A stretch of DNA of 32,000 bases from Candidatus Lokiarchaeum ossiferum (GCA_025839675.1 CP104013.1:1830001-1862000), one strand, 5' to 3'. Counted from the first letter of the stretch, positions 17,748 through 27,554 are shown. The notes: generated by a model not told the origin, from the letters alone. Translations and numbers: made by a program.

Positions 17748-18728
17748 ATGATTTCAAACAATGAAAAAGTGATCAATCTACAAGGATTATCTAAGATTTA
17801 CAAAGAAACGGCTGCTTTGAAACCTTTGGATTTAACAGTCGATAAAAATTCTATTTTTGGTTTCTTGGGCCCTAACGGAGCAGGAAAAACCACAACTATG
17901 AAATTGATGCTTGGTTTAATTAAACCAACTGCTGGAAATGGAACGATATTTGGAAAAGATATTGCGAAAGAGAATATTCAAATTCGAGAACGAATTGGAT
18001 ATTTGCCTCAAGAAGTGAAAATGTATGAATACATGACCGCAAGAGAGGCACTCGCTTTTACTGCACGTTTTTATTTTAAAGGCCCAAAAATTGAAATTCA
18101 GAAACGGGTCACAGAAATGCTTGAGTTGGTTAGACTGGAAGATAAAGCTGATCGCCCTATAAAAACATTTTCAGGTGGAGAAAAACAACGATTAGGAATA
18201 GCTCAAGCCCAAATAAACTATCCAGATCTATTGATTTTAGATGAACCTGCAGCATCCTTAGATCCCTTAGGACGACGTGATGTCTTGGATGTTCTTGAAC
18301 GTCTACGAGAAATAACAACAGTTTTTTACTCAACTCATATTCTGGATGATGTTGAACGCGTTTCAGATACAGTTGCAATTTTAGATCATGGTGAATTAAT
18401 AGCTCAAGGACCTATTACAGAAATTATGGCAGGAAATGAAGGCACGATTTACGATATATCCACAAAAGGAGTTTCAAATGGACTAGAAAAAAAATTGAAA
18501 AAACAATCATGGATAAACGATGTCAATATTACCCATAAAAATAGTCAAATTGAATGGAGTATCGCTGTAAATGATAATTTGCAAGCAGAACAACAACTTT
18601 TGAGACTTATATTAGAGAATAAACAACTGAATGTTATACATTATGGACAAAAGCAATATGATTTAGAAGATATTTTTATGAATTTAGTAGAAAATGGGAA
18701 TGGAGAGAAAAATAATGGCAACAAATGA
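17748..18728 (+). CDS. ABC transporter ATP-binding protein (ABC-2/DrrA-like subfamily)
   Basis: Walker A GPNGAGKTTT, Q-loop YLPQE, signature FSGGEKQRLGIAQA, Walker B LLILDEPAASLD, H-loop YSTHIL. ATG at 17748 is preceded by GGAGAAAGG; the track start at 17733 is TTG. Confidence 0.85.
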   Translation: MISNNEKVINLQGLSKIYKETAALKPLDLTVDKNSIFGFLGPNGAGKTTTMKLMLGLIKPTAGNGTIFGKDIAKENIQIRERIGYLPQEVKMYEYMTAREALAFTARFYFKGPKIEIQKRVTEMLELVRLEDKADRPIKTFSGGEKQRLGIAQAQINYPDLLILDEPAASLDPLGRRDVLDVLERLREITTVFYSTHILDDVERVSDTVAILDHGELIAQGPITEIMAGNEGTIYDISTKGVSNGLEKKLKKQSWINDVNITHKNSQIEWSIAVNDNLQAEQQLLRLILENKQLNVIHYGQKQYDLEDIFMNLVENGNGEKNNGNK

Positions 18729-19485
18729 AGTATTAACACGGGTAAATGATCCAGAATGGTTACGAGGTTTTGATAATTTAGTTAAAAGTGATATTCCAAG
18801 CTGGTTTCGAACGATGAAATGGTGGGCACAATTTCTATGGGTCTTTTTTATGACGAATGTAATTATTTCCTTCACCTTTATCGGTGGGGAATTCGATATC
18901 GCAGTTATGCTATTTACAGTCTTTCAAGGATTATACCCCGTTTTTGGTATCTTAATAGCAATGCAAGGTACTATGATTGGAGAGAAAAATAGTGGAACCG
19001 CTGCATGGGTGTTGTCAAAACCGGTATCTCGTACAGGGTTCATTTTAGCGAAATTTGTAAATAATACTTTAGCCAGTACACTATTTATTATCATACTACC
19101 AGGAATAATTGGATATCTCGAAATTACCTTAATGGCAGGTCTGGAAATCTCATTCTTTGGATTTATTCTCGGTAATTGTCTTCTTTGGTTACACATGATG
19201 TTTTTCTTGACCATGTCTTTATTAGTTGGAACGATATTTAATAATCGGAGAGCCGTTTTAATTGTGGGAATCACATTTTTTGTAATAGAAATGTTATTGC
19301 AAGGAATGGTTCCTGCCGATTTAATGGTTTCAACACTTGCATTTCCTTCTCCAAATATTTCACTTGCAGAAGCTTTAATAACTGGTCAATCAGTTTTTTC
19401 GATATGGCCAATTTTAATTGCAATTGTTTCATGTGTAGTATTTGTAATCTTAGCAATTTGGCGCTTTAAACAAGAAGAATTCTGA
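18715..19485 (+). CDS. ABC-2-type transporter permease (about 6 TM)
   Basis: Hydrophobic 256-aa protein. Its ATG at 18715 overlaps the end of the ATPase gene (stop at 18728). Topology and pairing are typical of ABC-2 exporter permeases. Confidence 0.6.
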   Translation: MATNEVLTRVNDPEWLRGFDNLVKSDIPSWFRTMKWWAQFLWVFFMTNVIISFTFIGGEFDIAVMLFTVFQGLYPVFGILIAMQGTMIGEKNSGTAAWVLSKPVSRTGFILAKFVNNTLASTLFIIILPGIIGYLEITLMAGLEISFFGFILGNCLLWLHMMFFLTMSLLVGTIFNNRRAVLIVGITFFVIEMLLQGMVPADLMVSTLAFPSPNISLAEALITGQSVFSIWPILIAIVSCVVFVILAIWRFKQEEF

Positions 19486-19531
19486 TCAATTAAAGAGGCT
19501 TTTTTTTCAACTTTTTTTCCTTTCTCTTCCT

Positions 19532-20086
19532 ATGGATAAAAACTGGTCCCGAAATTTTTCTTATATTCAGATTAATTCAGTTATATTACTAATTACTGTT
19601 TATAACTCCCAAGTGAAAAAAATGGAAAATAATAATAATCAATCAACCCAGTATATTCAATTTGAATACAAGGCTCAAGAAGCCAAGAAAAAAACCAAAA
19701 TTCAGCAATCTTCGATTGAAGAACAATATTACAACCTCCCATTAAAGGAGCGAATAAAAATTCGAAATAAACGCATAAAGCAGAAATTAAAAGAGAAATC
19801 ACAAGAAATAGGAGAGAAAGCCAAAATCAAGAGTAAGCAATTAAAGATAAAAAGCCAAGAAATTAGTGAAAAGGTGCGAGAAAAAAATAGGCAACTCAAT
19901 CATAAAATTCAGAAAAAAATTGATGAACATAAATCACACCAAAATCAACGAAATAATCGGGCAAGAGTTCAACCAAATGCACAAGTAAATATTCCTAATT
20001 CAATTCCCACCAAATTTTGTCCTGAATGCGGTCACAAAGTAAGTTTTTCTGGAAAATTTTGTCCTTCTTGTGGATCCACCCAATAA
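19532..20086 (+). CDS. Lys-rich coiled-coil protein with C-terminal zinc ribbon
   Basis: C-terminal CPECGHKVSFSGKFCPSCGS (C-x2-C-x11-C-x2-C zinc ribbon). The central part is a repetitive K/E/Q-rich helix (KSQEIGEKAKIKSKQLKIKSQEISEKVREK). The true start may be ATG 19622 (MENNNNQS). Confidence 0.5.
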   Translation: MDKNWSRNFSYIQINSVILLITVYNSQVKKMENNNNQSTQYIQFEYKAQEAKKKTKIQQSSIEEQYYNLPLKERIKIRNKRIKQKLKEKSQEIGEKAKIKSKQLKIKSQEISEKVREKNRQLNHKIQKKIDEHKSHQNQRNNRARVQPNAQVNIPNSIPTKFCPECGHKVSFSGKFCPSCGSTQ

Positions 20087-20090
20087 TTTT

Positions 20091-20609
20091 TTACTCATTT
20101 AAAAAGGGAGATATATAACTCTCAGGTAAGATCTGCAGATCCTTAAATAATTGAATGACCGTTTTTGTTAAATTATATTTGTTTAGTTCATTAAATGGCA
20201 CAAATATTGCATCCAAAACGTCAGATTTAGCTTGAGGTTTTGGAGGATCATCTATTGTATATGTTCCATTAATTTTCATCCAATAATCACACAGAACGTA
20301 ATGGTATTCCACTTTGCCTTCCAAATCATGATCTATTTTATCAATCACGCTAGCTAATTCACCCAAGGATAAATCCAAACCAGTCTCTTCAACACATTCG
20401 CGTAATGCACCTGGTCCGGCTTGTTCTCCCAACTTTAAATGCCCTCCTGGAATCGCCCATAACCCCGCATTTGGCATATATTTTCGTTTAATAATTAAAA
20501 CTTGCTTATTCCAAACAATTACACCACCCACTCCTATGTGAGGTCTAACAGGATAATGCCGGAGATCATAATGCAATTTTTGCTCTTGGGAGAAGTTAGA
20601 TTCTTTCAT
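20091..20609 (-). CDS. NUDIX hydrolase
   Basis: Complete Nudix box G-x5-E-x7-RE-U-x-EE-x-G-U in GHLKLGEQAGPGALRECVEETGL. Confidence 0.85.
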   Translation of the reverse strand: MKESNFSQEQKLHYDLRHYPVRPHIGVGGVIVWNKQVLIIKRKYMPNAGLWAIPGGHLKLGEQAGPGALRECVEETGLDLSLGELASVIDKIDHDLEGKVEYHYVLCDYWMKINGTYTIDDPPKPQAKSDVLDAIFVPFNELNKYNLTKTVIQLFKDLQILPESYISPFLNE

Positions 20610-20730
20610 CGTTATCTAAAATATTCTAAAAAAAAAAAGGTTGAGCAAAAATCACTTAAAAATTTACCTCGATATTCTCAAATAAAGGAGAAAAACATTT
20701 TAACGAAATAAAAAAAAAGAGGAAAAAAAA

Positions 20731-22323
20731 CTATTTCTTCTCCTTATTATTAATTAAAACTCCACCTATTGCTATAAAAGAAATAGGGAGGATTGATGCG
20801 AAACCTGGAATTTTACTTGAAGAGTCAATGACTGAGGAATCGTAGGAAATTGAAGTAACAAAATAATCATTGCTTCCTCTACATTCGCTTTGTGCTGCAG
20901 CTATGCAACTTATATCGGTAGATTTTGTATATCCCACGATTGAAATCCTTCCAAGAGGAGACACAGCTACGCTTTGACCTACATCGTATGCATTACCACC
21001 AAAATATGAAGACTTCTGCAAATTTTCACCAGATCCTCCAAAAATGGCATAAAACGCATCATTTGATCCTCCCTTAAAATCTGATTGAGTCGCATTAACA
21101 ATAGGAAAATCACGCGAAGATGTTTTTCCAGTTAAAACAATATTTCCATTAGGATCAGCGGCAATTCCAGAACAAGAATCCATATTTGAACCGCCAAAAT
21201 AGGTCGAAAAGCGTACAGTACGTCCATTTGAAGACAATTTCATTATGAAAGCATCCTCGATTCCAGCAAGGCTATTTTGATAAGCATTTTTCACAGGAAA
21301 GTCCTCTGATTGAGTTGAACCACCAATGATAATGTTTCCAGAGTCATCTATAGCAACACAATTTGATAGGTCACTATTGCCACCACCTATGAAAGTTGAA
21401 AAGACTAAACTTCCAGTTGAGCTAAATTTAGCACATATTACATCAATCATCCCTTGTAGACTTCCCTTATAGGCACTTTTTGTAGGAAAATCTTCAGACA
21501 TCGATCCTCCAACAATGATTGCATTATCTTCAGAATCAAAAACCAAATCCTTTGCCCAGTCATTCATCAAATCCCCAAGATATGAGGAAAATTGAAGAGA
21601 ACGCTCTTCAATATTAATACTGGCAATATATGCATCAACTGCGGTTGTACTACCAATAGATTCTTGATAGGCATTTACCAATTGTAAATCGTCCGAATAA
21701 GTGCTTCCACAGATCCCAACATTATTTTGAGAGTCAACATCTATCCCATAGCCCCAATCATCACCAGATCCCCCAAAATAACTACAATAGAGCAAATCTT
21801 GACCATCAGGACTTAATTTTACGATAAAAGCATCAGTATGATAGACTCGTCCACCAGCAAACTCAGATTGAAAAGCATTACTTGAAGTTGGTAAATCATC
21901 CGAAACAGTTGTTCCAACAACATATATATTATTGTCGCTATCTGTAACGACATTAGCTGCCCAATCATCACTTGAACCACCAAAGTAAGTTGAAAACATC
22001 AACGAACCATTTTGAGAAAATTTGGCAATAATAATATCTTTGGATCCCCCACTATGATTCGCTTGAAAAGCATTTTTTATTGAAAAATTTGTTGATCCAG
22101 TTCTACCTACAATAATTGTGCTTCCATCTGAATCTACTACAATACCAGCCACAGAGAGTGCAGCATTTGTTTCCGCCAGTTCATCTGAAGTTCCTCCGAG
22201 ATAGGTAGAAAAAACAACGTTTTCATTAAACGTGGAATTTTCACTGGTTTGCCCAAAATGTAGAGGATACATCCCAACGATAAAAAATGAGACCAAAATT
22301 ACATTATAAAAAAATTTTTTCAT
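20731..22323 (-). CDS. Secreted beta-propeller-repeat (SBBP-type) protein with PGF-CTERM-like anchor
   Basis: Signal-like N-terminus MKKFFYNVILVSFFIVGMY. At least seven ~55-60-aa repeats of the pattern STYFGGSxxDwa..v..Ds.gN.yv.G.T.S.DfP..nA.Q......DafI.K.s..G (for example STYFGGSSDDWAANVVTDSDNNIYVVGTTVSDDLP). C-terminus SSSKIPGFASILPISFIAIGGVLINNKEKK. Confidence 0.8.
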   Translation of the reverse strand: MKKFFYNVILVSFFIVGMYPLHFGQTSENSTFNENVVFSTYLGGTSDELAETNAALSVAGIVVDSDGSTIIVGRTGSTNFSIKNAFQANHSGGSKDIIIAKFSQNGSLMFSTYFGGSSDDWAANVVTDSDNNIYVVGTTVSDDLPTSSNAFQSEFAGGRVYHTDAFIVKLSPDGQDLLYCSYFGGSGDDWGYGIDVDSQNNVGICGSTYSDDLQLVNAYQESIGSTTAVDAYIASINIEERSLQFSSYLGDLMNDWAKDLVFDSEDNAIIVGGSMSEDFPTKSAYKGSLQGMIDVICAKFSSTGSLVFSTFIGGGNSDLSNCVAIDDSGNIIIGGSTQSEDFPVKNAYQNSLAGIEDAFIMKLSSNGRTVRFSTYFGGSNMDSCSGIAADPNGNIVLTGKTSSRDFPIVNATQSDFKGGSNDAFYAIFGGSGENLQKSSYFGGNAYDVGQSVAVSPLGRISIVGYTKSTDISCIAAAQSECRGSNDYFVTSISYDSSVIDSSSKIPGFASILPISFIAIGGVLINNKEKK

Positions 22324-22560
22324 AATAACTTCAATAATATGGTTTGGTTATAAAGCATTAGTTAATAAAAAAAATGTAAAGTGCCTATTTTTTAGTACTT
22401 TCAAAATTCGGTAAAAAAAAAGACCTTTGAAATAATACATTCGATCCATAAATTAATTTCCAAATATAAAAGTTTAAATGTTTTAGTTGTTTAAAAATGA
22501 TTATAATTAATCACACATTTTTTTTATGACCTTTCGAAATACTGAAAAGGAAGAATCTGT

Positions 22561-23271
22561 ATGATAGATCAAGCTTCATGCTGCAACGAACTGTTGAAAA
22601 ATAACTTACGTTTTCAAATGTGGAATCTCTTTTCCATATACCCAGAATTATCCCTTTCTGATTTAAGTCAAAAATTAAACAAATGCAAATCCACTCTTCA
22701 TCCACATGTAAAAACACTTTTAGAGTTCGGTTTAATTGAAGAAGTCAGAGAAGAACATAAACGCGGAAACATTAAAGCCAAAATATATGCCCGAACTCCA
22801 AAAAGTACAGATCAACAATTTGTACGGGAAAAATTAGAAATTAATTCCAAAATAGTTTCTTTGGATAAAGAATCAGGAAGAAAATATTTAGTACAACTAT
22901 TGGCGAGAACAAAATTACTCAAAAAATCGATAGATTCACAATTATCTTTTATTGAGAAATTATTAAATTCTGGAAGGAATGGTCCAGATGAACATGCACT
23001 TCAATTATTAAATGAGATGTTAATTAAGAATACAATGGATAATAATTCTGGATCACCAGGCCCAGATATTTTTGAGTATTGCACTTATTTAAGCAAGAAT
23101 GCCTACTGCAGCTATCGAAAGAAACTTGAACAAATCAATAGGGAATTAAAGGAAGTTATCAAAAAAGAAGAAACTCTTAATCCTACGATAGAAAAACCCT
23201 TTTATTTCTTTGGTATTGGATTACCTCTTAAAAAAATGTGTTCTTACATGAATCCCCCAAAAAATTATTAA
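22561..23271 (+). CDS. Winged-helix transcription regulator (ArsR/MarR-like N-terminus) with helical C-terminal domain
   Basis: The N-terminal segment LSLSDLSQKLNKCKSTLHPHVKTLLEFGLIEEVREEHKRGNIKAKIYARTP fits helix-turn-helix plus beta-wing. The remaining ~150 aa is predicted helical. Confidence 0.55.
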   Translation: MIDQASCCNELLKNNLRFQMWNLFSIYPELSLSDLSQKLNKCKSTLHPHVKTLLEFGLIEEVREEHKRGNIKAKIYARTPKSTDQQFVREKLEINSKIVSLDKESGRKYLVQLLARTKLLKKSIDSQLSFIEKLLNSGRNGPDEHALQLLNEMLIKNTMDNNSGSPGPDIFEYCTYLSKNAYCSYRKKLEQINRELKEVIKKEETLNPTIEKPFYFFGIGLPLKKMCSYMNPPKNY

Positions 23272-23489
23272 TTCGACGATGCTATCTTTTTCAAAAATTG
23301 ATAAATTTATTTTTATGAGAGTTAGGAGGTTTTCTCACATTTGGGTAAGAAAATCCAACTATTTTTCTTTTTATGGTAATAAATCTGCATTATGAAAATT
23401 TCAATTTAATGAAAAAGATTTATTTAGGTAGACTTCCCACATTAGATATAAGAATTATTTTTTCATAAAACTAGATAGATGACAAAGAT

Positions 23490-24878
23490 ATGAATTATCA
23501 AGAAGAAAATACGGTTCAACGGATTTTGGAAACTGAAATCGATAGAATGTCCTCTTTGTTAAAATCTATTGCAAATCCGAAACGATTACAAATATTACTT
23601 TCCCTTTTAACTCAAGAAACAATGACTGCTGCAGATCTAATTGAACGGACAAAACTTAGCAAAACAGCCCTCCAAAATCATTTGTCCTATCTTGAAGATG
23701 CCAAATTAATTACTCATCCTTCCCGAGGAATTTATTTAATTAATGAAATTGGAAAAAAATTAATTTCAGGAAATTTACGAGCATACCAAGAATATCAAGA
23801 TGTGCAAAACTTCATAACAAATGTTCACGAAAAACAATTTGCTCAATATAACCGAGGAATATCTAATTTACCAGAAGAATTCGACCTTTCTTCAGAAATT
23901 AAGTGGGTAAATTGTTGGGACTCATATATTAGTTCAATTACGGGAATTTTGCAGGCAAAAGGAAAACAAGTTGATCTAGTTGATGTTGCTGGTTATTCAG
24001 GCCAATGTTTTATAATTAACGCTCGAAAGGACGAATTAGCAATCCAAGATGCCTATTTTCACAAAGCATGGAACCATGTGCACTTGGGGACCGAACGATT
24101 AGGATACAAATTAGAAGTATATACTGACCCAAAGACTTATCCTTCCGATTTGATGAATCCAACAAAAGAAGATATTAAAAGAGCGACTTATCTGTTTCAA
24201 AAAGTCAAATTCGAATTAAGTCAATTCAACAGACCGATCATATTGTGGGGATTTCTCTTGCCGTTATATGGAATAGTTACAGGCTTTACTCAACAGAATT
24301 ACAAAACAGCTCCCTTTACAATTAATCAAAAAATTCAAAGAACAATTTATCAATTTAATGAATTAAACGCACCTCGATATTTGCAAGCGATTTTTATTCG
24401 AGAAGATACAGAAGCATTATCAAAAGTGGATGATTTAAAAGCAATCGAACGAGCAATCATTTTAATTGAGAATTCAAATTTTGCATTAACAGATCATGTA
24501 TATGGTCCTGAAGCGTATGATGAATGGGCTTCCATAATAGAAAAGACACTTTCCACAGCGAAACAGAATCAGAAAATATCTTGTGGATATTTTGGGGAAT
24601 TATATTTAGAAAGAAAAGAATTTTCAATCCAATTTTTACAAAGAATTGCACTTCGGGCGCGCGATAAACCTCAATCAATATTTCTAACTAAAGCGGCGGA
24701 AGAATATAAAAAAATTAAAGCACTCCTTACTCAATTCACATTGATATTTCCAATGTATGAGTTTGAAGATATTTCTAACTTAAAATACCAACAAGGAGCA
24801 GATATCTTAAGAGAATGCAAACATTTTGAATATAAAGCACTAAAATTTCTAAAAGATGCAAGAGATTTGTGGCAATAA
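23490..24878 (+). CDS. ArsR-family wHTH fused to a ~360-aa domain of unknown function
   Basis: The N-terminus LKSIANPKRLQILLSLLTQETMTAADLIERTKLSKTALQNHLSYLEDAKLITHPSRGIYLIN matches the classical ArsR/SmtB pattern (NP-x-R-L-x-IL ... H-L-x-x-L). The C-terminal region (from IKWVNCWDSYISSITGIL) has no motif I can assign with confidence. Confidence 0.65.
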   Translation: MNYQEENTVQRILETEIDRMSSLLKSIANPKRLQILLSLLTQETMTAADLIERTKLSKTALQNHLSYLEDAKLITHPSRGIYLINEIGKKLISGNLRAYQEYQDVQNFITNVHEKQFAQYNRGISNLPEEFDLSSEIKWVNCWDSYISSITGILQAKGKQVDLVDVAGYSGQCFIINARKDELAIQDAYFHKAWNHVHLGTERLGYKLEVYTDPKTYPSDLMNPTKEDIKRATYLFQKVKFELSQFNRPIILWGFLLPLYGIVTGFTQQNYKTAPFTINQKIQRTIYQFNELNAPRYLQAIFIREDTEALSKVDDLKAIERAIILIENSNFALTDHVYGPEAYDEWASIIEKTLSTAKQNQKISCGYFGELYLERKEFSIQFLQRIALRARDKPQSIFLTKAAEEYKKIKALLTQFTLIFPMYEFEDISNLKYQQGADILRECKHFEYKALKFLKDARDLWQ

Positions 24879-25165
24879 CCCCCTTTTTAATTAATTTAAT
24901 TTTTCCATAGAGATTGCTTAATAATACAATTTTCGGATTGATATTTTGATTAGAAAAAGTCAGGTAAGGAACAAATTTGAAGGTAAAAGGTTTTCTCAAG
25001 ACCTGATTTTCTATTTGCCCCTCAATCAAGTAAATTTTTCAATCTATTTAAAGAAATTTGTGCAATAGATCATCTTGTTCATGAAATCATGTCCTAAAGA
25101 AATATTAAAATGAAAAAGAAAAACAAATTGGGATCAAAAATATATGTCCCAGTTTACTCTCTCCA

Positions 25166-27454
25166 TTAAATAAAATCATAAAATGAGTTTTCAACGAGAT
25201 CATGATCCTTACTAAAAGGAATTGTATCCCCATTCCAATTTTTTAATCTTTGATAATGGCGTTTCTGGAAAGCTTGAAGAAATTCCTTGAGAGAACTCCG
25301 AATTGTAGCAATTTCCCTATCTGCAAAAACTGCAGCAAAGATATCCAACCGATCTAAATATTCAAGTAAGACAACTTTATCCCCACAGTCAATAGAGCGA
25401 AGTAAATCCTTACTCCGGGTAGTCTCCTTAACAAAAGATGTTATGGCAGAAAACATCCCACTTACTAAAAAGGGGGAAACAGGCTCAACGCCACCCATAT
25501 TTTCTTGAAAATTATGAAAAAATAAATTCCGACCATCAGGCGATAAAACATAAAGAGAATCTAAACGAGCTTGTTCAAAAAGACAAGAAAATTCTGGGAT
25601 CCATGAAGAAATTGCATTTTCTTTATGTAATGTTATTAAAAAATCTTTCAGTTTGGAATAATTTCCATCTGCAGATAAAACAAGTTCATGAATGTACACT
25701 TCTGGACAACTGAAAATGTGATCAAATAATTTTTGAAAGCGAGAAGATCGATTCATTAAGATATTCACTGGATTAAAACGTACTAATAATTGACCTTTTG
25801 ATTGAATGTTTCGAATAAGATGAAGATTATCACATTTTGAGAAAGAAATTCGTTCAATTTGAGTTTTAGAAGTTTGGAAGGATTTTACCATAAAATTGGT
25901 TTGGAATAATCGAATAAAATACCCCCATAGAAAAAGAACCGCAAATGGTCTTATAAGAATGAAAGGGGAAGAAATTGTTCGCAGAAGAATTTGTGTAGGA
26001 TCAGAAAAATCAGCGTACAAGAACGCCGTTCTTATCGAAGTAAGATTTATCCCAAGGTATTTTGTTATAACTGGCGTGCTGGTCATCCAAACATGATCAT
26101 ACTGAATAAATAGCGGTGATATGAACGACCCTCCAAAAACGATAGAACCGAGCCAAGTAAATATTAAAGCAATAATTGAAAAAATAAGAATCACCCACTT
26201 TTGATGAATAGAATTTCGACTGGCTACAGCGAAGAAATAACCAAATACTAAAATACGTAAAACTTTCTCAATAGACCACAATGAAAATATAGAATCAATA
26301 GTAACCATAATGGATAGGGAGGGATGAGATGAAATTAAAGCGAGATCATAGAAATCCAAAGAATCGGGGAGTTTTGATAGCAGAGGATTTGTAATTATGG
26401 TTAGTAAAAGAAAACTTAGGAAGGAAAAAGAACACGCAATTATAGCACAATAAGTAATTTGCCATAAATTTTCATTTTTTAAGCGATTTGATTTGATTTC
26501 TCTTTCATTTGTACGATCTTTCTTATTTAACATCCATTTTATTGAATTTATTAATTTTAAAAGGAGAAAAATACTGATCGGTTCAAAAATCCTTAAATTG
26601 AGAATAAAAATGACCACACCCATTAAAAAATAACATGAAAAATAAAAGATCATTACAAGGCTATCGGGCTGGTTTAAAATGAACAATAATATAGATAAAA
26701 TAGAAATTGGAGTTCCAACTTGCTTTATGCTTGAAAAAAAACTCTGTTGCATCGATTCTCCAAAAAATCGCCCTTTGAAGGAGAGGCGACTCGATCGTAC
26801 TAATATAAAACCAAAAAGCAGAGTTGAAAGATAAATGAAGTATATCTCTAAAAACCACCCTAATCCAGTCGAATTTTCGGATAAATTGAGAACATCAACA
26901 GTAGTTAAATTGAGAATCATGGTCAAAATAAATAACGAGAAAGGTAATAGAATTAGAAATGACCTCAATATCACCCATTCTTTCTTCCAAGTGGAGTCTT
27001 TGAAGCCAGACACAATCATTTCTTTGGGAGAACTGCTAAATTCATAATTTAAATGTAGAAAAATTTGTTTCAAAGATAATTTGGACTCCGATTTTAGCCT
27101 GAAAGACAAAATGATTAAAGAAACAATCGGAGAAATGATAAAAATAAAGGGAAGAAGATCAAAAGAATATTGAGCATAACTAAATAATAAAGTAATTGCA
27201 CGGATTATTAGGTAAGAAAAACCTTTCAAACCTTCATGACTCTCATCAGAATCAAATCCCATAGGATATGATTTCACTCCCAAAATACTTGGTAAAATCC
27301 AATAGATGGCAAAAAATAAAACTAATCCAATGTAGAACCGTTTATACATCATCTGGAAAAATTTTCTCTTTCTAAATAAAAGAATAGGTATGAAAAACAA
27401 TCCTAAGGGAATTAAATTAAAGACAATTGAAAACGCAATATTTTGAAAACCCAC
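25166..27454 (-). CDS. Polytopic membrane protein (>=14 hydrophobic spans) with ~240-aa cytoplasmic tail carrying a roadblock/longin-like alpha/beta segment
   Basis: GTG start at 27454. Residues 1-~520 are almost continuously hydrophobic helices. Residues ~520-762 are soluble. Residues ~620-735 show the pattern strand-strand-helix-strand-strand-helix: LYVLSPDGRNLFFHNF / LVSGMFSAITSFVKE / LRSIDCGDKVVLLEYLDRLDIFAAVFAD / IRSSLKEFLQAFQKR. The gene call is solid; the fold assignment is by eye only. Confidence 0.55.
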   Translation of the reverse strand: MGFQNIAFSIVFNLIPLGLFFIPILLFRKRKFFQMMYKRFYIGLVLFFAIYWILPSILGVKSYPMGFDSDESHEGLKGFSYLIIRAITLLFSYAQYSFDLLPFIFIISPIVSLIILSFRLKSESKLSLKQIFLHLNYEFSSSPKEMIVSGFKDSTWKKEWVILRSFLILLPFSLFILTMILNLTTVDVLNLSENSTGLGWFLEIYFIYLSTLLFGFILVRSSRLSFKGRFFGESMQQSFFSSIKQVGTPISILSILLFILNQPDSLVMIFYFSCYFLMGVVIFILNLRIFEPISIFLLLKLINSIKWMLNKKDRTNEREIKSNRLKNENLWQITYCAIIACSFSFLSFLLLTIITNPLLSKLPDSLDFYDLALISSHPSLSIMVTIDSIFSLWSIEKVLRILVFGYFFAVASRNSIHQKWVILIFSIIALIFTWLGSIVFGGSFISPLFIQYDHVWMTSTPVITKYLGINLTSIRTAFLYADFSDPTQILLRTISSPFILIRPFAVLFLWGYFIRLFQTNFMVKSFQTSKTQIERISFSKCDNLHLIRNIQSKGQLLVRFNPVNILMNRSSRFQKLFDHIFSCPEVYIHELVLSADGNYSKLKDFLITLHKENAISSWIPEFSCLFEQARLDSLYVLSPDGRNLFFHNFQENMGGVEPVSPFLVSGMFSAITSFVKETTRSKDLLRSIDCGDKVVLLEYLDRLDIFAAVFADREIATIRSSLKEFLQAFQKRHYQRLKNWNGDTIPFSKDHDLVENSFYDFI

Positions 27455-27554
27455 ATTACAGATATATGAATTATTAATATAATAAGTCGTTTCATCTCCA
27501 ATTAGAAAATGTAACTTGAAATGAATTTAAGAAAAAAAATGGAAACTAAAGAAA

